A stretch of 64,000 nt of DNA from Candidatus Woesearchaeota archaeon (GTDB lineage: Archaea > Nanobdellota > Nanobdellia > Woesearchaeales > JAGLXL01). The notes beneath the pieces were generated by a model that was not told the DNA's origin, ran no database searches, and saw only the letters and a program-made list of their open reading frames with translations. Location of the stretch: assembly GCA_030640025.1 (NCBI GenBank), contig DAOWKC010000002.1:360119-424118 (forward strand), in the 5' to 3' direction. The position numbers were made by a program, and so were the translations under genes. Below are positions 19,376 to 28,546 of the stretch, in pieces (the stretch's first letter is position 1; each line of letters opens with the position of its first letter).

Positions 19376-22021
19376 ATGGGAACTAATTCAGATAGGATTG
19401 ACTTAGAGCAATATATCAAGAAGAAGCATGGTTTAGAGAATTTTGATAAGATTGTGAAGGCCTCTAAGGATAGAGATTTATTTGATTTTTATTGTTCTAA
19501 AGTTGCTAAGGAAGATCCAGAAATAGTTAGGCAAGAGATTGATGTGATGATGAGTGGTGAGGGAACACGAGTTGGTGTTGAGGCAAAAGTTGCTGATGAT
19601 GCGGCTACTGCAATCTCAGAAAAAAGAAGAGAGAGAGCTAAGAAAGTAACACCTGGAGAAACTTGTTTTGAATTTGCTGGCAGGGCAAAGGCAGTGACTA
19701 GAATCATTCAAAAAGGCATGGAAGGCGGTGCAACTGTTTTAGAGATTATGGCTGAAGATGGTTCAAAAGAAAAAGTGAGAGAAGATGAGGTGGTTGGTTT
19801 TTCAGTGAGAGATAATGAAACAGTAACAATTAATGATGCTGGCAGAATTTTAACTCAAAAAGGAAAAAAAGTTCCAAAAGGAACCAAGATTTATTCTTTG
19901 ACAAAGGTTTTGGATGCAAAACAATACCATTTTTCTGATATTTATGAAATTGTTGACCCTGAAGTGGCCAGAGGCGGCATGGGCAAGATTATGAAAGTTT
20001 TTGACAAAGCAGTGGGCAGAGAAGTAGCAATGAAGGTTGCTTTGATGAATAGAGAAGCAATGCTGCAAAGATTTCGATTTGAAGCGCGAATTACTGGCCA
20101 ATTAGAACATCCTAATATCATCAGGGTTTATGATGTAGGTAAGGATGATAATGGCAATCCATATTACACAATGGAGTTTATTAGAGGCGGCTCATTAGAC
20201 AATATTTTACAAAAACAGAAAAAAGCAATATTAGCAAGACCAGGAAAGAAAAGAAAAAAGAAGGAAGATTTAGAAAATGAAAAAGCATTAAAAGAATATT
20301 CTTTGCCAAAATTATTAGATATTTTTCTTAGAGTTTGTGATGGTGTTTCTTATGCGCATTCAAAGGGTGTGATTAATCGTGATTTAAAGCCAGAGAATGT
20401 GATGGTAGGTAGTTTTGGTGATGTTCTAGTTGCCGACTTGGGTTTGGCAAAACAACTTGGCACTGAAGACGTGATGGGTTCTGCTTTAGAGGCCAGAGTA
20501 TCAAAATTAAAAAAATCAAAAAATGAAAAAGTTCAGTATCAAGCAGCAGAAGAAGTTGACGTTGGTTTGACACAAGACGGCACAACCATGGGAACTCCTG
20601 CTTACATGCCGCCTGAGCAGGTTGAAGGAGAGCTTGATCAAATAGACCAGCAGTCTGATGTTTATTCTTTAGGCGGGATTTTATATGAAATATTGACAAA
20701 AGAAAGGCCAGTAGAAGGCGCTTCAAATGCCGAGATTTTTAATAAGATTTTGCTTGGTAGAATAGTTCCGCCAAGTGAGCGTGTTGATGAAATAAAAGTT
20801 CCGGGTGAATTATCAGCCATAGCAATGAAAGCAATGGCAGTGGAAAAAGCAGACAGATACCAAAATGTTGAAGAATTGGCTGAAGATATTAGAGCTTATT
20901 CAGAACATCGAGAAGTTAAGGCATATAATTATACTCGGTGGGAAAAAATTGTTAAAGCTGTGAAAAGACATCCAGTAGCAGCTTGGGCAGCTGGAATTGG
21001 ATTATTTGTAGCCTTGACAGCAATAGCAATAACTGGTCCTGTGATTTACAGTGAAAAAGCTGCTAAAGAAGCCAAGGCCAGAGAAGCTGTTGAAGCAAAG
21101 GCAGGAGAAGCAGAAGCTTTGGAAGAGAAATTAGAAGCTGAAAAAGAGTCAAGCAAAAATAAAGAATTAGCATTACAAAAATCAGAAGAAGCAAGAGTGA
21201 GTGCTGAGTTAGCAGAAGACAAAGCTTTGGAAGCGCAAAAATCAGCAGAAGGAGAAGCAGTTGCTTTAAAGGCAAAAGCTGATAGGGCTGAGGCTGTTAG
21301 TCTGAAAGACCAAGGAAATATTTTTATGGAAAAAAGTAAAAAAAATCATCAAAGAGCACTAGAATATTATTTAAAATCTTGTAAGGCAGACCCTTCTTTT
21401 CCTGAGGCTTGGAATTGGATTGGTCATATCAAGTTTAGTTTAGCACGGCGTGTGGCTGATGAAGAAAAAAGAAATAAATTATTTTTAGAAGCAAAAAGTG
21501 ATTTGGAAAAAGCAATAGAATTAGATAATAATCCTGAAGAAATGGATAAATTAAGAGGACGGGCTCAAGTTAATCTGGCAGATGTTTATGTTGTTGGTTT
21601 GCGTGATAAAACCATGGGAGAAAAACTATACAGAGAAGCAATTGCTAAATCTCCTGATTACATCACTGCATATAATAAACTGGCGCGTTTGTTATCTTCT
21701 CGAAAAAGATATGAAGAAGCAATGCAGAATTACAAAAAAATAACTGAGATATCAGAAGATTACTGGGTTGGCTGGGAAGGATTGGGTTATATTCATTTGA
21801 AACACGGCCGGTTGGTAGAAGCAGAAAAATGTTACCGAAAGGCTAAGAAAGGTCATCCAGAATCTTATTATTCTCTAGCAGAAATAAAATACCGGCAGGC
21901 TGATTGGCAAGCAGCTAATAGTTTCTTGACAGTATTAGAAGATGTGCTGCCAGACTATAAGACAGAAAAAAGAATTAAAATGCAAAGAGAAGTTGAGGAA
22001 AGGCTGGTTCAAGGTAAGTGA
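19376..22021 (+). CDS. Hanks-type Ser/Thr protein kinase with TM helix and C-terminal TPR repeats
   Basis: ARGGMGKI, VAMKV, HRDLKPEN-like VINRDLKPENVM, DLGLAK and GTPAYMPPEQ motifs. TM helix AAWAAGIGLFVALTAIAITG. Coiled-coil then TPR-like repeats to the C-terminus. Confidence 0.85.
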   Translation: MGTNSDRIDLEQYIKKKHGLENFDKIVKASKDRDLFDFYCSKVAKEDPEIVRQEIDVMMSGEGTRVGVEAKVADDAATAISEKRRERAKKVTPGETCFEFAGRAKAVTRIIQKGMEGGATVLEIMAEDGSKEKVREDEVVGFSVRDNETVTINDAGRILTQKGKKVPKGTKIYSLTKVLDAKQYHFSDIYEIVDPEVARGGMGKIMKVFDKAVGREVAMKVALMNREAMLQRFRFEARITGQLEHPNIIRVYDVGKDDNGNPYYTMEFIRGGSLDNILQKQKKAILARPGKKRKKKEDLENEKALKEYSLPKLLDIFLRVCDGVSYAHSKGVINRDLKPENVMVGSFGDVLVADLGLAKQLGTEDVMGSALEARVSKLKKSKNEKVQYQAAEEVDVGLTQDGTTMGTPAYMPPEQVEGELDQIDQQSDVYSLGGILYEILTKERPVEGASNAEIFNKILLGRIVPPSERVDEIKVPGELSAIAMKAMAVEKADRYQNVEELAEDIRAYSEHREVKAYNYTRWEKIVKAVKRHPVAAWAAGIGLFVALTAIAITGPVIYSEKAAKEAKAREAVEAKAGEAEALEEKLEAEKESSKNKELALQKSEEARVSAELAEDKALEAQKSAEGEAVALKAKADRAEAVSLKDQGNIFMEKSKKNHQRALEYYLKSCKADPSFPEAWNWIGHIKFSLARRVADEEKRNKLFLEAKSDLEKAIELDNNPEEMDKLRGRAQVNLADVYVVGLRDKTMGEKLYREAIAKSPDYITAYNKLARLLSSRKRYEEAMQNYKKITEISEDYWVGWEGLGYIHLKHGRLVEAEKCYRKAKKGHPESYYSLAEIKYRQADWQAANSFLTVLEDVLPDYKTEKRIKMQREVEERLVQGK

Positions 22022-22053
22022 TTTTCTTGGTTGTTTTTAATTAAATCTTTCAG

Positions 22054-22079
22054 GGTACAATTATTAAGATTATTGTACC
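22054..22079 (+). terminator. hairpin GGTACAAT-N10-ATTGTACC downstream of the kinase gene
   Basis: 8-bp perfect stem 33 nt after the stop, followed by T-rich sequence. Confidence 0.4.
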
Positions 22080-22244
22080 ATATAAATTTTTCTTTTTAAG
22101 CGGCATTGGACAGTAAAACTCTTGTCAGGTGAATTTTTTTATCCTGCATTATTTTTCGTATTTTTAATTTATACTGAAAAGGATTAATTTTCGAACAAAA
22201 TTAACTTTCTCACTTTTTTCTTATAGACTAATTCTAAAGAATAA

Positions 22245-22658
22245 TCATTTCCTTGAATGATTCTCCAATTCTTTTACTAATTTAGGAATTTCAGAAATAG
22301 CTTCTTTAACAGTCTCAACTTCGATATCGTTGCCATAATAGTTTATCCCATTTCTTAATTTTCTATATCTATCAAATTTTTTGAAAAGAGATTGTTCTTT
22401 TAGGATATCTCTCAGAAAAAATCCTATTGATTCATGGTCTAGAAATTTATACCCATTTAGATAACCTATGGCTTCACAATATTCTCTTAATCCTTCATAA
22501 AGTTCTCTAAGAATTGTTTTTGAAGTATTTGTGTTTAATGGTATAACTTTTGCCGTTTCAATAGCTTGAATAGAAGATTTGAACAAACTTGAAGCCCTTA
22601 TTTTATTAGGCATGACCTTTTTTGATTTTCCACTATTCAAACTAAATTCAAAATTCAT
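22245..22658 (-). CDS. HEPN domain protein (PF05168-like), partner of the upstream nucleotidyltransferase
   Basis: GYK..HE helix and C-terminal RKLRNGINYYG, with Tyr at the canonical Rx4-6H position. Start overlaps the NTase stop by 1 nt. Confidence 0.65.
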   Translation of the reverse strand: MNFEFSLNSGKSKKVMPNKIRASSLFKSSIQAIETAKVIPLNTNTSKTILRELYEGLREYCEAIGYLNGYKFLDHESIGFFLRDILKEQSLFKKFDRYRKLRNGINYYGNDIEVETVKEAISEIPKLVKELENHSRK

Positions 22659-23188
22659 TATAAAACCTCTAATTCTCCAGATAAAACAATCCCATTACAG
22701 ATGTTATTTATTAGATTAGGATTTGATTTTTTTGCCTTTTCCCAAGATGTTTTGTTAAACTTATGAATGCTTACTTTTCTATTTAATTTTTTCTCATATT
22801 TTTCAGTTGAAAATTCTTTTTCAATATTTGACATTAAGCATAAATCTATATCGCTGGTTGTATCATCCATTGCAGAAGCATAACCTCCAAATAAAACAAT
22901 AACCGGCAAATCATAATTTTTTTCCAAATCTTCGATAATCTTAGATTCCCTAACCTTTTCTAAATTATAATATAATTTAAGATTTAAAGTTTTTTTATTT
23001 AAAATTAATCGGTAAAAAGAATATACTCCCTCTTTTTTTAAAGATAAAAATCCATCTTTAACTAATTTATTTAAGTATTGCCTAACTGTGGTATGATTAA
23101 TCTTTAAAGTCCTAGAAAGTTCTCTAATGCTGAACTTTCTGTTGGGATCTTCAAAAAATGATTTCAATATGGTTAATTTTTTTTCCAT
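22658..23188 (-). CDS. winged-HTH fused minimal nucleotidyltransferase (MNT, Pol-beta superfamily)
   Basis: LFGGYASAMDDTTSDIDLCL (GS...DxD) and an N-terminal wHTH. Confidence 0.75.
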   Translation of the reverse strand: MEKKLTILKSFFEDPNRKFSIRELSRTLKINHTTVRQYLNKLVKDGFLSLKKEGVYSFYRLILNKKTLNLKLYYNLEKVRESKIIEDLEKNYDLPVIVLFGGYASAMDDTTSDIDLCLMSNIEKEFSTEKYEKKLNRKVSIHKFNKTSWEKAKKSNPNLINNICNGIVLSGELEVL

Positions 23189-23352
23189 GTGGAAGCATAT
23201 ATTTCCACTTGTTTATAAATCTTTCCATTCTGGGACGAGAAAGAACGCCCTTTATTCTTGTTCTCAATAGATAATCCTTTAGAGTTTACACAACAGAATG
23301 CCACTAATTTTGATTAAGGTCAGTCTAAACAATTCATTGAAATCACCTATTC

Positions 23353-23892
23353 TTAGGATTCATCTTGCAAAATAAATCCAATCTTAGCTACAAAATCAGT
23401 TGCGTTGTTGAATATCTCATCTAATCTTCTTTTGGTGTATGTTTTGATTGCTGAATATCTCGCAATATGGCTCTCTTTCTTAGCGTCTTCAAAATAATGT
23501 ACATATTCATCTTCGAATATCTTATATGCTTGATTTAATATTTCCAAATCTTCTTTTTCAATCTCATCTGGAATTAATAAATGTCCTAATGCTATTTGAG
23601 TAGCATCATGATCTGAAACTTCATATCCTTGAGATAGAATTGCTGCTTTTGCTGCATAAAGAATAGAATAATAAGAAATTGTAATAGCCCAATAATCCCA
23701 AAAAAGCTTTTTTGGCTGATCTTTTGTTGGTTGAAGTTCTTTTGTGTGCTTAGCAATTAACAGACTATTTTCCGCCTTTTCAAGAAATAGTTTTATTTTG
23801 AAAGATTGAGAAGATTTTTTTATTCTCTTATCTTTAATAAATTCTTCAAATTTATTTTGATACTCTTCTTTATCAAATTCCATTGAAAACAC
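23353..23892 (-). CDS. HEPN-like protein (longer variant)
   Basis: YWAITISYYSILYAAKAAILSQGYEVSDH resembles HEPN helix 2. Overlaps the upstream NTase by 20 nt. Confidence 0.5.
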   Translation of the reverse strand: MFSMEFDKEEYQNKFEEFIKDKRIKKSSQSFKIKLFLEKAENSLLIAKHTKELQPTKDQPKKLFWDYWAITISYYSILYAAKAAILSQGYEVSDHDATQIALGHLLIPDEIEKEDLEILNQAYKIFEDEYVHYFEDAKKESHIARYSAIKTYTKRRLDEIFNNATDFVAKIGFILQDES

Positions 23893-24445
23893 TCTCCCAA
23901 AACCTTTCTGGATTATTTAAGATTATGTGATTATATAAAGCTTGCTTTCCTACATTCTCTTCTTTGTCTTTGAGCATTAATTTAAATTCCTTTTTTGTTA
24001 TAAAGATTGGATTTATTTTTATCTTAAATAAAAGCTCATATTTTGAAAAAGAAATGTTTTTTTTACCATCTTTATTTATTATCAATAAATCAATATCGCT
24101 TTTCTTTGTTTGTGTTTTTTTTGCATAACTTCCAAATAAAATTATAACATCATCAGTATTTAGCTCTTGATATATTTTCCTGATAATTGGATATTTTTTC
24201 AAGTAATCTTTCCTTTCTTCATCAGAAGATACAGTCAAATGTGCTTTTACTACTGGATTCTTGTTATTGAGTGTGATTATCTTAGATTTTCCTATTTTCT
24301 CTATGTTTAACAAATCTTTTATAGATTCTACAGTTCGATAAAAACTAGCATAAGGTATATTCAACTCCCTACTTAATCCGTGCATGGTACACTTCTTGTA
24401 GGGGTGTTTTCCAAGATGATTAATTATTTTATATTTGTTATCCAT
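23873..24445 (-). CDS. winged-HTH fused minimal nucleotidyltransferase
   Basis: ILFGSYAKKTQTKKSDIDLLII with an N-terminal HTH. Confidence 0.7.
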   Translation of the reverse strand: MDNKYKIINHLGKHPYKKCTMHGLSRELNIPYASFYRTVESIKDLLNIEKIGKSKIITLNNKNPVVKAHLTVSSDEERKDYLKKYPIIRKIYQELNTDDVIILFGSYAKKTQTKKSDIDLLIINKDGKKNISFSKYELLFKIKINPIFITKKEFKLMLKDKEENVGKQALYNHIILNNPERFWESVFNGI

Positions 24446-24827
24446 ATTTGGATAATATTATCCATAAATGATATATAAATGTTTTGGTTTTAAAGCCCTT
24501 GATTCTTAATGTTATGTTAAGTGTGTCCTTTAATTCTCATTCTTAATGAAACGGTTTGCTTACTGGATAAAACGAAAATCCCCTTCTTAGTCCTGCGGAC
24601 ATTTAGTCTGCTTCGCAGAATTTATAATAATTCAAAAACTTTGCGGAACGCAATCTGTCAGAACTCTACAATTTGATTAAGGTCATTCTGAGTGTCAAAA
24701 ACTATTTGAAGTTTAACCGCGTTTAAGTATGCTATTTGTTTACGGTAACTAGTTTTTTACAAAATCGAAAAGTATTTAAAGGATGAGAAATTAACTAAGT
24801 TAAATTATATTAAAGGAGGTATAAAAA

Positions 24828-25052
24828 ATGGAGGCTGATAAATTAACGGTGTTTTTATTTCTGATGTTAGTAGTGGTTATGGCGTTCAGTGGTTTTGTTC
24901 TTTATGATGCATTGAGTGGAATGCCAACATATGGGAAGATGAAATCAGGGGTTAATATTGTGACATGGTTCAACAATCCAGGTGTAGATTCTGCAGGGAT
25001 AGGAACAACTGTAAACTATGTTAATCAATTTGATGGAGGAGGTGTAAGATGA
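24828..25052 (+). CDS. small membrane protein, first gene of the surface-protein operon
   Basis: TM helix. Stop overlaps the next start (ATGA). Confidence 0.35.
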   Translation: MEADKLTVFLFLMLVVVMAFSGFVLYDALSGMPTYGKMKSGVNIVTWFNNPGVDSAGIGTTVNYVNQFDGGGVR

Positions 25053-25714
25053 AAAACGAAAATCTTAATTTAATAAACATTCTTTTGGTGGTGGCGATTG
25101 TCCTGGCAGTAGGAGGAACATGGCTGAATTTAAATAAGTTAGGTGAGGTAAAAGCAGTCACTCTACATGGGTATGCGGTAGCAGGTGGTATAGTCGATGT
25201 TGTAGAATATGAAATTATACCTCCATGGAATGAGGTTGATGAAATAGCAGCTGAGGATGGTAGTGTTGTAGTAGATCCTGATGAGGACTGTTATGTTGCT
25301 TCATGGAATGAGACTACTGGTCTTGCTGATACAACACCATGTAGCTTATCTTCTTCAAGCAATATAACAAATATCACCTTGCAAGTTGGATCCAATGCAC
25401 ATTATAATATCTCTTCTTACTGGACAAAGACAATAGCAACTAATTTTGGAGCAGGTTCATTGAACCATCAATATGTTGGTTATTGTTGGAATGAAACAGG
25501 AAGTTTAGGTGAATCAGGAACCAATCTTGCGTTGGATACATATATAACAGCAGATTCTAATACTTCAGTTGCTATGGTGCCATTGTTTGTTAATGTGACT
25601 AATATTCCATCTAGACAGAATTATACATTTAACTGGGCAAAGACCTTTGACTTACTGACTGCAACAGGAAGCTATTCCAACACTTTGAACATAGTTATCC
25701 ATACTGATGGATGA
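25049..25714 (+). CDS. membrane-anchored extracellular protein
   Basis: N-terminal TM (LINILLVVAIVLAVGG), beta-rich domain, several N-x-S/T sequons. Confidence 0.5.
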   Translation: MKNENLNLINILLVVAIVLAVGGTWLNLNKLGEVKAVTLHGYAVAGGIVDVVEYEIIPPWNEVDEIAAEDGSVVVDPDEDCYVASWNETTGLADTTPCSLSSSSNITNITLQVGSNAHYNISSYWTKTIATNFGAGSLNHQYVGYCWNETGSLGESGTNLALDTYITADSNTSVAMVPLFVNVTNIPSRQNYTFNWAKTFDLLTATGSYSNTLNIVIHTDG

Positions 25715-25730
25715 GATTGTAAAGTGAAGC

Positions 25731-26876
25731 ATGAAATTTTTTCTTTTTTTATTCCTTCTTTTTTTAGTTTTATGCACTAGTTTTTCTTCTGCAATTTTGT
25801 TTAGTAAACTTGAGGAGAAGGGCAGTTATGTTTTTGAACCTAATCTCCAAATAATCCATAGGTATTATATTGGTGGAGGCGAAGGAGACTCTAATTTTGG
25901 CATGGTTGTGGATGTTTATGGACCACAAAATTTAGATCAATATATCCTGATAGAGCCAGAAGTTTTAACTGAGAGTGGCGTAATAAAAGTAAATATAAGT
26001 TTACCAGAAAAAATCGAAGGGGGCAATTACTTCTTTGTTTCTTGTGCAAAGATGTTTTCGAAAGAAGAAGCATCATCTATTGGTGTTTCTGGACAGATTT
26101 GCTCAAAATTTAGTTTGTTGGCGACTTTTCCTGGCAAGAATTTAAAGTTTGATAGTTTTTCTGTTGAGAATGTTGATATAAATGCTCAACAGACCCCTAT
26201 AAGATTTTCTGTTTCTAATTGGGGAAAAGAAAAAATAGAGTCTTTATATGGTGAATTTGATGTTTTTGATATTGGTGAGAAAAAAATTTCTTCTGTGACG
26301 ACATTTACTATTGATTTGGACAGCACAAAGACAAAAGAAGTCTCAGCAAATTTAAGTGTTAGGGGATTCTCTCCTGGTCAGTACAAAGTAAAAGGTACAA
26401 TATCTTGGGATGAAGGTACTGAAGACCTTGGAGAAAAAGAATTTAGTTTAGGTTCAGCAGCTTTTAAAATTTTGAATATTACTAAAGAGTTTTATGTCGG
26501 GGAAGTTAATGATCTGTTTATTATGGTAAAAAATGATTTTGGGGCGACCAAGAATAATATCTATTTGAATATTGAGGTTGCTGGTCAATCAATGGACCTA
26601 CCACCTTTTAACATGGAACCTTTTTCAATGAAGACATTGAAAACTTTTTTAGATGCCAGAACTATGGAAATAGGAGTTTATGAAGCTAAGGTTATTATTT
26701 TTGTGGACGGTTCTGTAACTGAGGACACCTTTCTTTTTGAAGTAAAGAAGAAGCCAATTTCAATGACGCCATTTTATGTAGGGGGAGGTTTAATTCTAAT
26801 AGTATTGTTTATATTATCAGTGTTTGTAATGTTGAAGAAACGGGGGAAGAGAAATGAAAAAGCGCAAATTTTATGA
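25731..26876 (+). CDS. secreted surface protein with signal peptide and C-terminal TM anchor plus basic tail
   Basis: MKFFLFLFLLFLVLCTSFSSA signal. C-terminal GGGLILIVLFILSVFVMLKKRGKR. Confidence 0.6.
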   Translation: MKFFLFLFLLFLVLCTSFSSAILFSKLEEKGSYVFEPNLQIIHRYYIGGGEGDSNFGMVVDVYGPQNLDQYILIEPEVLTESGVIKVNISLPEKIEGGNYFFVSCAKMFSKEEASSIGVSGQICSKFSLLATFPGKNLKFDSFSVENVDINAQQTPIRFSVSNWGKEKIESLYGEFDVFDIGEKKISSVTTFTIDLDSTKTKEVSANLSVRGFSPGQYKVKGTISWDEGTEDLGEKEFSLGSAAFKILNITKEFYVGEVNDLFIMVKNDFGATKNNIYLNIEVAGQSMDLPPFNMEPFSMKTLKTFLDARTMEIGVYEAKVIIFVDGSVTEDTFLFEVKKKPISMTPFYVGGGLILIVLFILSVFVMLKKRGKRNEKAQIL

Positions 26877-27282
26877 ATGGTTGATTGTGTTGGTTGTAGG
26901 AATTTTTTTATTTTATTTTATTATGTCATATATTGTGGTGGATTTAAGTTTAGAGGAAATGGCTGGAACATATTCTGGTGATAAAGGTTTTTTATCGTTT
27001 GAAGCTTATACTGATAATATTACGTTTGGTCAAGTATTTCCTGGTTATGCCATGAACAGAATGACTCATATAAATACCAAATATGATTTCCCTGTTAAAA
27101 TTTACTTTTATCCTTGGGGAGATATCGGTGAGATGGTTTATGTCTATCCAAATTCGTTATATCTAGAGCCTGGTAAAGAAGGTGAAGTTCACCTATATTT
27201 TGCACCTTCGTCTAAGACTGATTTTGGCTCTTATGAAGGAAAATTGTATATTTTAACCAGGCGGACAATTTTTGGAGTTTAG
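26854..27282 (+). CDS. membrane-anchored protein
   Basis: N-terminal TM. Overlaps the previous gene by 23 nt. Confidence 0.45.
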   Translation: MKKRKFYEWLIVLVVGIFLFYFIMSYIVVDLSLEEMAGTYSGDKGFLSFEAYTDNITFGQVFPGYAMNRMTHINTKYDFPVKIYFYPWGDIGEMVYVYPNSLYLEPGKEGEVHLYFAPSSKTDFGSYEGKLYILTRRTIFGV

Positions 27283-28374
27283 ATGAATAAAAATGAAATA
27301 ACTACTTACTTAATATTTGCAATAGTTTTTTTTATGTTGATATCAGCACCTTATTGGTTTGAGTTTTCTGGTGCAGTTTCTTCTGCAATTTCAATAACTG
27401 GTAGCTGGTGTTATCATGAGCCTAGTTTTATTAATCCAAAACCAACTTGGGTTAATGTGCCGCAAGGAGGAACAACACAAGTAATTGCTTATGTTAAATC
27501 TAGACAAATTGTAGCACCAACTGCTCTGACTTCTGCGAATGTTTATACTGCATCGCCTTATTTTTCTGTGTCAGTAGTTGAATTAGCAGGGGTTTTGACA
27601 ACTTCAGCAGCAGTAATTCCAAATATAACTAAAATAACTATGAATGTAACAGCAAGCAGTTCAGCGCCAACTGGGCATCAAGCTCAGATTAATTTGACAG
27701 TGGCTGGTAATGCTACTGAGGTTTGTGGAAACCAAACAATTAGTTTTACTGGAAATGTAACACCTAATGTAACTGCATTACCCACACCACCAGCTCCTGT
27801 TCCTCCAGCTGCACCAGGAGGAAGTACATGCACTTCAGAAGTAATTATCTGCGGTCCTTGTCAGGAAGGGTATATGACGTGTATAATTGATAGATGCGGT
27901 GTGACAACCAGTAGAGTGCAATCATGTCCTATGCCACGGGAGATACCCTGTACTAGTGATGAGGATTGTTCAGCAGGGCAAATCTGCGTGAATAATCAAT
28001 GTGTTGACGCGCCGCAGGAAATAGAAGAACTGCCAGTAGAGATACCCTTTATTATTTACCCGCCGACCTGGCTGGAGTTTTTTAATCCGGATGTAGTTGA
28101 TTATCCAACTCCAGGTATTATTGAAGCAGTGAGGCAAAATCTATTGGTTTTGCCGAGCAAAATTGATTTATCTCTTTTTAATCTGTATTATGCGCCTCAA
28201 GAAACTTCATTGGTGTTTTTGTTAAAGGATAAGCCAGTGTGGAAAAAGCTCACTTATGCTTTTTTAATAACATTATTGCTGCTTTCTGTTGTATTGGTGG
28301 TTTTGAAAGCAGTGAAAACAAGAAAAGAAGAGCCAGTAGAGTATGGCTTAAAATACAATCCACCAAATCAATAA
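27283..28374 (+). CDS. surface protein with signal/TM, Cys-rich module and C-terminal TM anchor
   Basis: PAPVPPAAP linker. SDEDCSAGQICVNNQC Cys module. C-terminal TM LITLLLLSVVLVVL. Confidence 0.6.
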   Translation: MNKNEITTYLIFAIVFFMLISAPYWFEFSGAVSSAISITGSWCYHEPSFINPKPTWVNVPQGGTTQVIAYVKSRQIVAPTALTSANVYTASPYFSVSVVELAGVLTTSAAVIPNITKITMNVTASSSAPTGHQAQINLTVAGNATEVCGNQTISFTGNVTPNVTALPTPPAPVPPAAPGGSTCTSEVIICGPCQEGYMTCIIDRCGVTTSRVQSCPMPREIPCTSDEDCSAGQICVNNQCVDAPQEIEELPVEIPFIIYPPTWLEFFNPDVVDYPTPGIIEAVRQNLLVLPSKIDLSLFNLYYAPQETSLVFLLKDKPVWKKLTYAFLITLLLLSVVLVVLKAVKTRKEEPVEYGLKYNPPNQ

Positions 28375-28546
28375 AAAAATAAAGAAAAAAGAGAATTATT
28401 CTTCCCAATCATCCAGCCATTCTTCATCCCCGATCATGGTGTTTCACCTCCGGGTTAATAGTTTCTAAGGCAAAATACTATATAAATCTTGTGGAAGGGA
28501 ATAGGGAAAAGAAAATTATATATAGCACCCAGTCAAATAATGTTTT

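Noticed and set aside
24446-24827. Small hairpins (TTGCG-GAA-CGCAA, CTGCGGA...TCGCAG) in the promoter of the surface operon
   Set aside because: Stems are short (5 bp) and could arise by chance. Recorded only as possible regulatory elements.
28396-28437. 13-codon micro-ORF MIGDEEWLDDWEE on the minus strand, preceded by GGAGGTGA
   Set aside because: Too short to support. The GC-rich 'SD' is itself a small hairpin (GGTG-TTT-CACC). Archaeal leaderless or SD usage is uncertain here.
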